From: an uncultured Ignavibacteria bacterium
Lineage (GTDB): Bacteria; Bacteroidota; Ignavibacteria; Tepidaquicellales; OLB5
Assembly: GCA_963816535.1 (NCBI GenBank)
Contig: CAWFKW010000007.1
Location: 85,675 to 149,674, forward strand
DNA length: 64,000 nt
Reading direction: 5' to 3'
The stretch's first letter is position 1. Every line of letters begins with the position of its first letter. Both the position numbers and the translations under genes were made by a program. The notes below the pieces were generated by a model that saw only the letters and a program-made list of their open reading frames with translations, ran no database searches and had not been told where the DNA came from. Below, piece by piece: positions 45,122 to 55,182 of the stretch.

Positions 45122-46162
45122 ATGGGAACATTCTGGTTTGCTGCGCTTGCTTTTATGATAGCTATGTACGTTGTGCTGGATGGATTTGACCTTGGCGCTG
45201 GAATAATTTTTCTTAAAGCGGCTAAGACCGATGAAGAGAGAAGAACGGTATTGAACGCTATCGGGCCGGTGTGGGACGGCAATGAAGTATGGCTGATCGC
45301 ATCAGGCGGAACGCTTTTCTTTGCGTTTCCCCAATTATACGCATCAAGCTTCAGCGGATTTTACCTGCCGCTTACAATAGTTCTGTGGCTGCTGATCGGA
45401 AGAGCCCTGGGCATCGAGTTAAGGAAACACGTTGATAATTCATTGTGGAAATCATTTTGGGACGTCGTGTTTTCAGCTTCAAGTATTCTGCTTGTTGTTA
45501 TATTCGGCGCAGCGCTGGGGAATATCATCCGCGGAGTACCTATCCATGAAAGCGGATATTTCTTCGAAGCGCTTTGGACAACATTTACCGTCGTTCCTGA
45601 GGCCGGAATATTGGATTGGTTCACAATTCTTATGGCGGCGCTGGCTGTATTTACGCTCATTGCTCACGGCGCAAATTTCATCGCGCTAAAAACCGAAAAT
45701 GAATTGCAGGCAAGAGCAAGAAAAATTTCAAGTTCCGCCAATTGGGGCGCCCTGATGTTCTCAGTTGCCGCCTTTGTTTCAATAACAATGATAAGAGCTG
45801 AGGCTTTTGGCAACTTTACAAGAAATTTCTGGGGACATATATTTCCGCTTCTGGGAATATTGGGGCTTGCGGGAATGATATATTTCAGACTGGAGAATAG
45901 CGATCTAAAGGCTTTTCTTTCGTCGTCTGTTTTCATTGCAGGAATGCTTGCTACGACCGCATTCGGGCTCTACCCCACATTGCTTGCTTCTTCAATTAAG
46001 CCTGAATACAGCTTGACGATACAAAACTCAAAAGCGGGAGATTACGGATTAGGCATAGGAATGATCTGGTGGTTCATAGGATTTGCGCTTGCATTATGCT
46101 ACTTTGCGTATATGTTTTATATTTTTAAAGGGAAAGTGAAACCAGACGCAGAGGGGTATTGA
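45122..46162 (+). CDS. cydB: Cytochrome bd-type quinol oxidase subunit II
   Basis: 346 aa. Begins immediately after the cydA stop. Contains ..YVVLDGFDLGAGI.., ..IGPVWDGNEVWLI... Confidence 0.93.
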   Translation: MGTFWFAALAFMIAMYVVLDGFDLGAGIIFLKAAKTDEERRTVLNAIGPVWDGNEVWLIASGGTLFFAFPQLYASSFSGFYLPLTIVLWLLIGRALGIELRKHVDNSLWKSFWDVVFSASSILLVVIFGAALGNIIRGVPIHESGYFFEALWTTFTVVPEAGILDWFTILMAALAVFTLIAHGANFIALKTENELQARARKISSSANWGALMFSVAAFVSITMIRAEAFGNFTRNFWGHIFPLLGILGLAGMIYFRLENSDLKAFLSSSVFIAGMLATTAFGLYPTLLASSIKPEYSLTIQNSKAGDYGLGIGMIWWFIGFALALCYFAYMFYIFKGKVKPDAEGY

Positions 46163-46164
46163 CA

Positions 46165-46196
46165 AATAAAATAAAAGGGCGTTCTTTCGAACGCCC
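46165..46196 (-). terminator. Intrinsic terminator after secA (convergent with cydB)
   Basis: gggcgttc (46177-46184) pairs with gaacgccc (46189-46196). A T-rich tail follows on the minus strand. Confidence 0.75.
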
Positions 46197-46231
46197 ATAC
46201 ATCTCACCTAAAAATCCCGGAACAAAGCTTT

Positions 46232-49200
46232 TTATTTTTCGAATTTCCCGTGGCAGTTCTTATATTTTTTGCCGCTGCCGCATGGACATGGGTCGTTACG
46301 GCCGATCTTTGGTCCAACCTTAATCGGAATTTTTTTCGTTTCAGTCGGATCCTGATTCTGCATATTATCCGATTGTTCAGGGCTCATCTTGAATCCTGCG
46401 CCGGTAGCAGATGCTTTTGTTGTCTGCAATCTCTGCATAGCAAGAGGCCTCTGTCTTGGCTGTAACTGCGCCGGTTGCTGCTCGCCCTGAACAGTAAATT
46501 TGAATACAAAATTAATTACATCCTTGCTTATTTCTTCAAGCATCTGGACAAACAGCTCGAATCCATCGCGTTTGTACTCGATCAATGGATCTTTTTGGCC
46601 ATAAGCGCGGAAGTTAATTCCCTCTTTAAGGTCATCCATTTCCCTTAGATGTTCTTTCCATTTATCATCAATTACAGTCAGCATTGCAAAGCGTTCTATC
46701 TGCGCAATCAGTTCGGGACCGTATTTATCTTCTTTGCGTTTATAACTTTCTTCGATCAGTCCCATTATATGGTCCTCAAGCCCTTTTTCACCGAGCTTCT
46801 GGAATTGTTCCGGCGTTACGTCCATAAGCACAAGGAAGGTTCTCTGGACCTCATCTCTGAGCCCGTCAATATCAGCTTCCTCGAAATACTTCACAGAGAT
46901 CTTGCTTACATGGTTACGCGCCATATCAAAGATCTCGTCTTTGATACGCTCGCCCATAAGGGCCTGGCGGCGGCGGTCATATATAACTTCGCGCTGCTGG
47001 TTCATAACGTTATCGTACTCAAGCAGCCTTTTACGTATACCGAAGTTATTTTCTTCAACTTTCTTCTGAGCGCGTTCAACCGAGTTTGTTATCATCGAGT
47101 GTTCAATTGCTTCGCCCTCGCCCATTTTTAACCGCTCCATAACGCGCGAAATCCTTTCGCTTCCAAATAGCCGCATCAAATCGTCCTCAAGCGAGAGGAA
47201 GAACTTTGATGAACCGGGGTCGCCCTGCCTACCGGCGCGTCCCCTCAGCTGCCTGTCTATCCTTCGCGCTTCATGGCGTTCTGTGCCCACTATATGCAGA
47301 CCGCCGATATCCGCAATACCGGGACCAAGCTTGATATCTGTGCCTCGACCCGCCATGTTAGTTGCGATTGTAATAGAGCCCTTGAGACCCGCGTTTGCTA
47401 TGATCTGAGCCTCGCGCTGGTGCTGCTTCGCGTTCAGAACTTCATGCGGGATACCCTTTCTCTTCAGCATTCTGGAAATTGTTTCTGAGACATCAACAGA
47501 GGTTGTTCCCACAAGAACCGGGCGCCCGATCTTCCGCATATTATCTATCTCATCTATCACTGCGTTGTATTTTTCGCGTTTTGTTTTGTAGATAACGTCG
47601 TTCTGGTCGTTTCGTACACATTCTTTATTTGTCGGAATAACGACAACGTCAAGCTTATATATATCCAGAAATTCGCCCGCCTCTGTTTCCGCGGTGCCGG
47701 TCATACCTGCAAGCTTTTTATAAAGCCTGAAGTAATTTTGTAAAGTGATAGTCGCGAGAGTTTGCGTATCTTTTTCAACGTGAACGCCTTCTTTGGCTTC
47801 AATTGCCTGGTGGAGGCCTTCGGAGTATCTTCTGCCCGGCAAAACGCGTCCGGTGAATTCGTCGACGATCATTACCTTGTTATCCTGGATTACATACTCG
47901 ACGTCATTTTCGTAAAGCGCGTAAGCTCTTAACAGCTGCTGAATTGTATGAAGGCTGTCGCTGCGTTTTGAATAAAGTTCAGCGAGCTCGTCCTTCTTCT
48001 TCTGCCTGTCTTCGGGAGTGAGAGTTTCATCGTTTTCAAGCTTGGCGACTTCCGAACCCATATCCGGCAGGATAAAGAAATCTTTATCTTCATTTCCGGC
48101 GGTTAAGAAATCCCTTCCTTTGTCGGTAAGGTCGATCGTATGGTTTTTTTCGTCTATAGCGAAATAAAGCTCATCATCAATCTCATGCATCCTGCTTCCG
48201 TTATCGCGGAGGTATTCTATTTCAGTATGCTGCATGAGAGTTTTATTTGAGGGCTCCGAAAAAAGTTTCGCCAGCCTTTTATTTTTCGGGAAACCTCTGT
48301 ATGACCTTAGTACGCAAACTCCAGCGTACGCAATCTCATCCTTTTTTGCTTCGCTGCCCTTATTTATTATCGCCTCCGCCTCTCCAACCATCTTAGCAAC
48401 CAGGTTTTTCTGCGCGTCAACAATGCGTTTAACCCGCGGATTCATTTCATCAAACTTATGCTCGCTCAGCTCAACCGGCCCTGAAATGATAAGAGGAGTC
48501 CTTGCTTCGTCAATTAAGACTGAGTCGACTTCATCCACAATAGCGTAATTGTGTCCGCGCTGAACCATGTAATTCTTATCGACCACCATGTTATCTCTAA
48601 GGTAATCGAACCCGAATTCATTATTTGTGCCGTAAGTTATATCGCTGTTATAGGCGTCGCGGCGCTTATCGTTATCCATGTCGTTAATAATACACCCAAC
48701 CCTGAGCCCATGGAATTTAAATATTTCACCCATCCACTCGCTGTCGCGTTTGGCAAGGTAATCGTTAACCGTAATTACATGGACGCCTTTCCCGGTCAGC
48801 GCATTCAAATACATAGGCAGGGTTCCGACCAGTGTCTTGCCTTCGCCTGTAGCCATTTCGGCTATTTTCCCCTGGTGCAATACTATACCGCCAATCAGCT
48901 GCACATCAAATGGAATCATCTCCCACTTTATTTTTGTCCCTGCGGCGGTCCACTCCGTTCCGTAAAGCCTGCGGCACGTGTCTTTCACTACGGCAAACGC
49001 TTCAGGCAATATTTCCCATAACATTTCCTCTTCAGTATCATGAAGTTCTTTATCCACATCTTCCAGCTCGGCGTAAAGATCCTGTCTTTCCTGGTGCGTC
49101 ATTTCGTTCTTAAGCTTTTCGGAAAGCTCTGCAATCTTATCTTCAAACTCCCGGGTCCTCTCCTTAATCATGTCTTTGAAACCCTGGGTCTTCTGACGCA

Positions 49201-49324
49201 GTTCATCATCAGAAAGAGACTTATATTCCTCATAATACCCGTTAATTTCATCAATTATGGGCAGGAGTTCCTTAACGTCCTTTTCGTGCTTTGACGGGAA
49301 TAATTTTGTAATAAATTTAAACAT
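46232..49324 (-). CDS. secA: Preprotein translocase ATPase SecA
   Basis: 1030 aa. DEAD motor motifs (MATGEGKTL, VDEVDSVLIDEARTPLIISG, TNMAGRGTDI) and a C-terminal zinc finger CPCGSGKKYKNCHG. Confidence 0.98.
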   Translation of the reverse strand: MFKFITKLFPSKHEKDVKELLPIIDEINGYYEEYKSLSDDELRQKTQGFKDMIKERTREFEDKIAELSEKLKNEMTHQERQDLYAELEDVDKELHDTEEEMLWEILPEAFAVVKDTCRRLYGTEWTAAGTKIKWEMIPFDVQLIGGIVLHQGKIAEMATGEGKTLVGTLPMYLNALTGKGVHVITVNDYLAKRDSEWMGEIFKFHGLRVGCIINDMDNDKRRDAYNSDITYGTNNEFGFDYLRDNMVVDKNYMVQRGHNYAIVDEVDSVLIDEARTPLIISGPVELSEHKFDEMNPRVKRIVDAQKNLVAKMVGEAEAIINKGSEAKKDEIAYAGVCVLRSYRGFPKNKRLAKLFSEPSNKTLMQHTEIEYLRDNGSRMHEIDDELYFAIDEKNHTIDLTDKGRDFLTAGNEDKDFFILPDMGSEVAKLENDETLTPEDRQKKKDELAELYSKRSDSLHTIQQLLRAYALYENDVEYVIQDNKVMIVDEFTGRVLPGRRYSEGLHQAIEAKEGVHVEKDTQTLATITLQNYFRLYKKLAGMTGTAETEAGEFLDIYKLDVVVIPTNKECVRNDQNDVIYKTKREKYNAVIDEIDNMRKIGRPVLVGTTSVDVSETISRMLKRKGIPHEVLNAKQHQREAQIIANAGLKGSITIATNMAGRGTDIKLGPGIADIGGLHIVGTERHEARRIDRQLRGRAGRQGDPGSSKFFLSLEDDLMRLFGSERISRVMERLKMGEGEAIEHSMITNSVERAQKKVEENNFGIRKRLLEYDNVMNQQREVIYDRRRQALMGERIKDEIFDMARNHVSKISVKYFEEADIDGLRDEVQRTFLVLMDVTPEQFQKLGEKGLEDHIMGLIEESYKRKEDKYGPELIAQIERFAMLTVIDDKWKEHLREMDDLKEGINFRAYGQKDPLIEYKRDGFELFVQMLEEISKDVINFVFKFTVQGEQQPAQLQPRQRPLAMQRLQTTKASATGAGFKMSPEQSDNMQNQDPTETKKIPIKVGPKIGRNDPCPCGSGKKYKNCHGKFEK

Positions 49325-49419
49325 TATATGACTTTAAACTCTAATTTTCTGTAAACTTATAAAATAACGATTTGTTTTTCAGGTAACAATTCAAAAAAAG
49401 ATAAATGCGTTAAACTACC

Positions 49420-49460
49420 GCAAAAAATAAAATAACTGTAACGGCCATAAAAGCCGTTAC
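49420..49460 (-). terminator. Intrinsic terminator overlapping the stop codon of the thioredoxin-like gene
   Basis: gtaacggc (49438-49445) pairs with gccgttac (49453-49460). A T-rich tail follows on the minus strand. Confidence 0.6.
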
Positions 49461-50005
49461 CTTTTCCATTTAATGCTGCAGCCCATAGACGGAATTATAT
49501 CGAAGTCGATTTCTTTACCGGCAAGCAAAAGGTCAATCGCCATTCTTAACTCTTTTCGGTTTACTTTAGTTTCATCTTTCCAGTTGTCGTCAATTCTGCC
49601 CCTGTACCTGAGTATCCTATTTTCATCGTACAGATAAATATCAGGAGTACAAACCGCTTCATAAGCTTTGGCAGTTTCCTGCGTTTCGTCGAACAGGAAC
49701 GGGAATATGTATCCCTCCTGTTTAGCCCTTATAGCCATGTTATCAAAAGAATCCTCCGGATAAGTCTGCGGATCGTTAGAACTTATTCCAATCAGCGCAA
49801 ACGAACTTCTGGAATAGTCTTTTGCGATCTCATTTATCCTTTGCTGCACCGCCACAACATACGGACAGTGATTGCACATAAATATTATGCAGAGAGTTTT
49901 TTTATCCTTAAATGAACCAAGCGAATAGATGTTTCCGTCCACGCCTTTTAATTCAAAAGACGGCGCTTTTGTTCCTATTTTTAAATCCTCAGGCGATACT
50001 GCCAT
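49457..50005 (-). CDS. Thioredoxin-fold protein (AhpC/TSA-redoxin family)
   Basis: 182 aa. Contains ..APSFELKGVDGN.., ..IIFMCNHCPYV.. (CxxC). Confidence 0.85.
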   Translation of the reverse strand: MAVSPEDLKIGTKAPSFELKGVDGNIYSLGSFKDKKTLCIIFMCNHCPYVVAVQQRINEIAKDYSRSSFALIGISSNDPQTYPEDSFDNMAIRAKQEGYIFPFLFDETQETAKAYEAVCTPDIYLYDENRILRYRGRIDDNWKDETKVNRKELRMAIDLLLAGKEIDFDIIPSMGCSIKWKR

Positions 50006-50096
50006 AATAGTTCAATTATCAACAAACAATTAACAATTATCAGTTAAGAAAATAAGTATTTTAAAAAAAAATCAAAAAAGATTTTCGTCTACGACT

Positions 50097-50723
50097 TCAA
50101 TACGGACTGACATTTGCATGCAAAATATCCTGCAATGCCTTTTCAAACCCGGGGTGATCATTCAAATCATATTGAATCGTTTTGATTCCGATTCTCCGGG
50201 CTCCCTCGCAGTTCTCCTTTAAGTCGTCGATAAAGATACATTCTACAGGGTTTGTTCTAAACAAGTCCATTGCTTTTATGTAGATTTCAGGTTCAGGCTT
50301 GAGAGCCTTAAGCTTATAAGACAAGGCAAAGTCACTCAGCAAATTTATATAATCGTAATTCTCTCTAATATACTCAAAGTGCAGCGGGCTTGTATTCGAA
50401 AGTAAAAACAGATCATATTTTCCTTCCTTTGCAAGGCTCCTCACCAGCGCGCTCATTGGTTTAATTTCGGAGAACATATCGTTGAATGCATCGGCAAAAG
50501 CGCTGCCGCTCATTTTCAGTCCAAGCTCTCTTGCGCATTTTTCAACGAACTCAGTTGTGGAGATCCTGCCTGCTTCGTAGCCGATATTTCTGTAGTTCCC
50601 GCCCATGAAGAAGCCGTTATACATGCGCTCTTCAACTCCGTCGGCCTCAAGCTTGTTTCTGAATTTAGCATAATCAACGTTTACCAAAACATGCCCAAGA
50701 TCGAAAATAATGTTCCTGATCAC
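50097..50723 (-). CDS. HAD-superfamily hydrolase
   Basis: 208 aa. Motif I IIFDLGHVLV, and ..FIDDLKENCEGARRIGI... Confidence 0.8.
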   Translation of the reverse strand: MIRNIIFDLGHVLVNVDYAKFRNKLEADGVEERMYNGFFMGGNYRNIGYEAGRISTTEFVEKCARELGLKMSGSAFADAFNDMFSEIKPMSALVRSLAKEGKYDLFLLSNTSPLHFEYIRENYDYINLLSDFALSYKLKALKPEPEIYIKAMDLFRTNPVECIFIDDLKENCEGARRIGIKTIQYDLNDHPGFEKALQDILHANVSPY

Positions 50724-51224
50724 TTATAAGGAATTCTCCAGTCTGAGCATTTTCCTTTTAAGGCCCACGCCTCCGCCAAAACCGCCTATGCTGTTCTTCG
50801 CAAGAACTCTGTGGCAGGGAATAACTATCGGCACGGGATTTTTGCCGCAAGCTGAACCGGCCGCCCGGGCTGCATTCTTATTCCCGGCGCGCTTAGCCAG
50901 ATCGGAATAAGAAATAGTCTTGCCGTACTTAACTTTGGATATTTCAATCCAGACCCTTGTCTGAAAACCCGAGCCCTTTAGGAACACTTTCATATCAAAT
51001 TCTTTTCTCTTGCCGGCGAAATATTCCCGGATCTGTTTTATTTCACCAGAGAGCTTCGATTTAGACTTTTTCACATCATCATTAAGATAACTCTTTAGCG
51101 CCTTAACAAATTTCTTTTCATCATTTGAGAATTCAACGCTGCACACTCCCTTTTCATTTTTGGCGATTAGGAAGGTTCTCTTCAATTCAGGGATCTTCAG
51201 TTCATGATAATAAACCATTGCCAT
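50724..51224 (-). CDS. ogt: Methylated-DNA-protein-cysteine methyltransferase
   Basis: 166 aa. Active site IPCHRVL, and ..TRVWIEISKVKYGKTISYSDLA... Confidence 0.92.
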   Translation of the reverse strand: MAMVYYHELKIPELKRTFLIAKNEKGVCSVEFSNDEKKFVKALKSYLNDDVKKSKSKLSGEIKQIREYFAGKRKEFDMKVFLKGSGFQTRVWIEISKVKYGKTISYSDLAKRAGNKNAARAAGSACGKNPVPIVIPCHRVLAKNSIGGFGGGVGLKRKMLRLENSL

Positions 51225-51344
51225 TTCCTTTCAAAACAACAAAAATTATGAAAATCAAACCACTCTCAAAGAATTATGCAAATTACAATAATTAATACAT
51301 GAGGCATACTAATTTAGCGAATATTGTTTTTATCTATAATACAT

Positions 51345-51375
51345 AAAAAAAATCCACTTCAAACTGAAGTGGATT
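51345..51375 (-). terminator. Intrinsic terminator after the 51399-53042 gene
   Basis: aatccacttc (51351-51360) pairs with gaagtggatt (51366-51375). A run of 8 T follows on the minus strand. Confidence 0.85.
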
Positions 51376-51398
51376 TCTTACTTAATAATTCATTCGCC

Positions 51399-53042
51399 CT
51401 ATTTTACGAGTATCATTTTCTTCGTTTCCACATAGTTGTTTGCAATAAGCTTATAAAAATATATCCCGCTTGCATATCCCGAAGCATCCCATGTAACCCT
51501 GTACTGCCCGGCTTTCACATCCTGGTTAACCAGGGTTGTAACTTCCTGTCCAAGCTCGTTGAAAACAGCGACCTTCACGAACGACTCCTTAGGTATATCA
51601 AACCTGACGGTAGTCGCCGGATTAAACGGATTGGGATAGTTTTGAGATAATGCGTAGCTTTGAGGAAGCTGCGTTGAAATTTGCTGTATTGCATTGATGT
51701 TCGAATATCTCACGGTGTACATAACCGTTGAAACAGGCGGGTTATTGGCGCTGACAGAACCCGTTACATAAACGTGGTCGGCATCTACAAAAGCCACGCC
51801 TGCGCAATAATCATTTCCGTTTGCAGAACCATTTTCCCTTGCTCTCCATGATTCAACTCCGTTGGCGCGGTACTTAATTGTAAGATAGTCTGTTCCGTTA
51901 GTTCCCGAACTTGTCCCTGCAACATAAACAGAATTTGTATCGCCAACAACTATGGAGTTCGGGAAATCATCCCCGGCATCAGTAGTACGCGCAACCCACT
52001 GCTGTTGCAGGCTTGAATTATATTTTATTGTCGCATAATCATAATTCGTCGCGCCGCCCTGGCTGTAACCGGTCACATACACGTTGTTGCTTGCGTCAAT
52101 TGTCATTGCGGTCATGTATTCAAAACTGCTTACGTAATTATAAGACGCGAATCCTACGCTATCTCCATTCGAATTGTATTCAATTACGGCATAGTCCTGT
52201 CCAGTGCCGCTCAAAGTACTATACCCGCCAACGTAGACATTGCTTGCAGTATTATCAAGTACAAGCCCCACTGCAACATCATTTGAATTTGCGCTTCCGT
52301 TATATCTTCTTGCCCACTGGAGTACGCCTGCGCTGTTAATCTTTATTGTAAGGTAATCAGATGTTGGAACCGCTCCTCCTTCGCCGGTCACATAAACATT
52401 GCCGGAAGCATCAACTTTAACAGCGTGGGCCTCATCAAAGGTCGTTGAAACTCCGCCTATGTAAACATAAGGCCATCCCGAAGGAGTGTTGCCCGAGGCG
52501 TCATATTTGAGAATCGTAAACTTCTGTCCCTGGCCGGACACATCGCTTCTGCCGGCCGAGTAAACATTGCCCGAATTATCGACAGTAATAGCTATACCAT
52601 AATCGCCTCCGTTGTTAGAGCCGTTATATCTTCTGACCCACGAAGTATCGCCTGTGGACCCGTTATACTTTATAGTAATAATATCTCTAGTTGGATTAAA
52701 AGTCCAGCCAGTGACATAAACGGAATTGTTGTCGCATGTGATAGCCAACGGGCGGTCTGATGATGGGCCGACCAATTTTTTCACCCACAGAGTATCGCCA
52801 GTCGCGGGATTGTATTTTATAGTAACTATGTCCTCAGCTGTGGAAGCGCCTCTTGTCCAGCCGGTAACAAAAACGTCGCCGTTAGAGTTTGCGCATAATG
52901 ATACCGCTGAATCCTGAACGTTGCCCGAGCCGTTGTATATTTTGCTCCAATAAGAAAATGGAACCTGCGCATTTAACCGCGAGAATCCAAAAATCAGAAA
53001 CAAAAGCAAAACCAAAAATAGTCTAAAGTAATTGTTTTTCAT
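51399..53042 (-). CDS. T9SS cargo protein with SBBP-type beta-propeller repeats
   Basis: 547 aa. Repeats ..D.A.A(I/V).VD..GNVYVTG.S.......DY.TIKYN..G...W..RYNG.. and [20 protein letters not shown]...GIYFYKL...KKMILVK. Confidence 0.88.
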   Translation of the reverse strand: MKNNYFRLFLVLLLFLIFGFSRLNAQVPFSYWSKIYNGSGNVQDSAVSLCANSNGDVFVTGWTRGASTAEDIVTIKYNPATGDTLWVKKLVGPSSDRPLAITCDNNSVYVTGWTFNPTRDIITIKYNGSTGDTSWVRRYNGSNNGGDYGIAITVDNSGNVYSAGRSDVSGQGQKFTILKYDASGNTPSGWPYVYIGGVSTTFDEAHAVKVDASGNVYVTGEGGAVPTSDYLTIKINSAGVLQWARRYNGSANSNDVAVGLVLDNTASNVYVGGYSTLSGTGQDYAVIEYNSNGDSVGFASYNYVSSFEYMTAMTIDASNNVYVTGYSQGGATNYDYATIKYNSSLQQQWVARTTDAGDDFPNSIVVGDTNSVYVAGTSSGTNGTDYLTIKYRANGVESWRARENGSANGNDYCAGVAFVDADHVYVTGSVSANNPPVSTVMYTVRYSNINAIQQISTQLPQSYALSQNYPNPFNPATTVRFDIPKESFVKVAVFNELGQEVTTLVNQDVKAGQYRVTWDASGYASGIYFYKLIANNYVETKKMILVK

Positions 53043-53215
53043 CTGAATAAATGAAGTTTATTTTTTGTAAGCTTATCAATTTGAACTATGCTAAGTTAGC
53101 CCTCAGTTGGTAGTTAAACAATACCGAAATAACGGTATCTGTAGCCCTAAAACAATCTTATTATTTGACTTGCAAAAATAAGTTTAGTTACAATTCAGTT
53201 GTAGCCTGCCGCCTA

Positions 53216-53245
53216 CTAAAAAAGGGGACTTCCGAAGAAGCCCCC
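53216..53245 (-). terminator. Intrinsic terminator after the 53280-54917 gene
   Basis: ggggacttc (53223-53231) pairs with gaagcccc (53236-53243) with one bulge. A T-run follows on the minus strand. Confidence 0.7.
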
Positions 53246-53279
53246 TTTATACATTTTTGTTGATTTTGTTCTAAATTTC

Positions 53280-54917
53280 CTATTTTACCAAGACCATTCT
53301 TTTAGTGTCAGTAAAGCCATTTGCCCGGATATTGCAGAAGTAAATTCCGCTTGATAATCCTGATGCATCCAATGTAAATCCATACGAACCGGGGCTCAGA
53401 TATCCGTTATATGGGCTCATTACTTCTTTCCCCTGCATGTTGTATATTTTCACTGATACGCTTGAAGAAACAGGCAGATCGAATTTTATTATTGTCGACG
53501 GATTAAACGGATTCGGGTAATTCTGCCACAACCTGAATTTTTCAGGAATCTGATTCGAAACAGGTTGAATTCCAACTAACGCATCATATTTTATGGTGGC
53601 AAAATCAAATCCTGTTGTCACTCCCATGCTCCTGCCGGTTACAAAAACATTGCCTGAATGGTCAACCGCGACCGCAGTCGCATAATCTTCGGAGCTTGCC
53701 GGCCCGTTATATGATCTCATCCAATTCATGTGACCGTCAGGATTATAACTGATGGTCACGTAGTCGTTTGAATTTGAAGGCAAAATGCTTGAATAACTTG
53801 AACCCGAAACGTAAACATTTCCGACATCATCCAAACATATCGAACGCGGAACATCAGTCGCATTGCCCGGGCCCGAATAATTTTCAACCCACTGCAGAGC
53901 GCCGTTTGTATTGTATTTAACGGTTGCGTAACTCGAATCTCCGGCTCCGACTCCTGAAGAAGAACCGGTAACATAAACATCGCCTGCCTGCGTTACCGCC
54001 ATGGCATTTGCAAAATCACCATGATTTGATCCGCTGTTATATCTCTGTACCCACTGCTGAACTCCGGCGCTATTATATTTCAAAGTCGCAAAATCAACGC
54101 CGGTAGCTCCGCCATCGCTTTCACCAGTGACATAGACATTTCCTGCACCATCTAATTTTATTGCAGTCGCAATATCTCCTCCAGAAGAACCTTGATAATA
54201 ATTTACCCAATGAAGAACGCCGTCGGTACCATAATTAATTGAAACATATTCTAAGCTGTTTGTAACTATGCACTCGCCAGTGACATAGACATTTCCGGAT
54301 GGATCCAACGCCATTGAATATGCTGCATCATTTCCGTTAGCTGCGCCATTGAATCTTTGCACCCACTGCTGCCCGCCGTCTGAATCATATTTGATAACTA
54401 CTATGTCCTGGTTTGTTCCCACGCCAACGCTCGAGCCTGCCACATAAACATTTCCCGCATTATCTACAGCAATGCATCGTCCTTCATCAGCAAGGTGCGC
54501 TGGCCCGTCATAACTGACTGTCCATAACGGCACACCTGAAGAGCTATATTTTATCGTAGTAATGTCTGAGCTGGTTGCCCCACCATCGCATCTCCCGGTT
54601 ACGTAGATATTCCCGCTTGCATCGGATGCAATAGCATAGGAATAATCTCCGCCATGATTCGGTCCGTCATAAGTTCGGCTCCAAATCAGGTTGCCTGTGT
54701 TATCATATTTTACCGTGGTCATGTCTTTGCTTGTGCCGATATTTGTAGAGTATCCGGTCACAATAACATTTCCTGAAGGGTCAAGTGTCAACGCATAACA
54801 ATAATCATAGGAGTTTGAAGTCCCGTTAAACCTTGTTACCCATTGCTGTGAAACAGTTTGTGAAAATACCTGAATTGAAAGAAGCAGGAAAAAAAGAACG
54901 AAAGTTAAAGCTTTCAT
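53280..54917 (-). CDS. T9SS cargo protein with SBBP-type beta-propeller repeats (tandem paralog)
   Basis: 545 aa. Same repeat architecture as 51399-53042. [19 protein letters not shown]...GIYFCNI...KRMVLVK. Confidence 0.88.
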   Translation of the reverse strand: MKALTFVLFFLLLSIQVFSQTVSQQWVTRFNGTSNSYDYCYALTLDPSGNVIVTGYSTNIGTSKDMTTVKYDNTGNLIWSRTYDGPNHGGDYSYAIASDASGNIYVTGRCDGGATSSDITTIKYSSSGVPLWTVSYDGPAHLADEGRCIAVDNAGNVYVAGSSVGVGTNQDIVVIKYDSDGGQQWVQRFNGAANGNDAAYSMALDPSGNVYVTGECIVTNSLEYVSINYGTDGVLHWVNYYQGSSGGDIATAIKLDGAGNVYVTGESDGGATGVDFATLKYNSAGVQQWVQRYNSGSNHGDFANAMAVTQAGDVYVTGSSSGVGAGDSSYATVKYNTNGALQWVENYSGPGNATDVPRSICLDDVGNVYVSGSSYSSILPSNSNDYVTISYNPDGHMNWMRSYNGPASSEDYATAVAVDHSGNVFVTGRSMGVTTGFDFATIKYDALVGIQPVSNQIPEKFRLWQNYPNPFNPSTIIKFDLPVSSSVSVKIYNMQGKEVMSPYNGYLSPGSYGFTLDASGLSSGIYFCNIRANGFTDTKRMVLVK

Positions 54918-55182
54918 AAAGACCCCCTTTATGATGCCTTACAAAGGCATAAATATAAATTGTTGAAAAATTTCTTTTTTTGGTCCCAAAGTGAAGTACT
55001 GAGTTTGATTAACAGAATCAACTAGTAGTTTCAGCCATCCTCTGTATTCAACTTAACCTATTTAGGATATGCTTGCAATAGCGTTTTCAGTGAAATGTGA
55101 AGCACATAGATTATATTTTTCTTTCTTTCCAACGAAAAAACAGCTAAATTTGTTGTACTTTAAAAGTTCATTCGTTCAAATC

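Noticed and set aside
46250-49294. Multiple 60-160-aa plus-strand ORFs inside secA (and similar antisense ORFs inside acs, guaB, egtB, the T9SS genes and the PHP-ATPase gene)
   Set aside because: All are antisense to long, motif-rich genes and lack motifs and start signals of their own. They are ordinary shadow ORFs.
55069-55182. 38-codon N-terminal extension of the GH3 gene
   Set aside because: The ATG at 55183 yields a canonical signal-anchor sequence. The extension is AT-rich and has no signal features.
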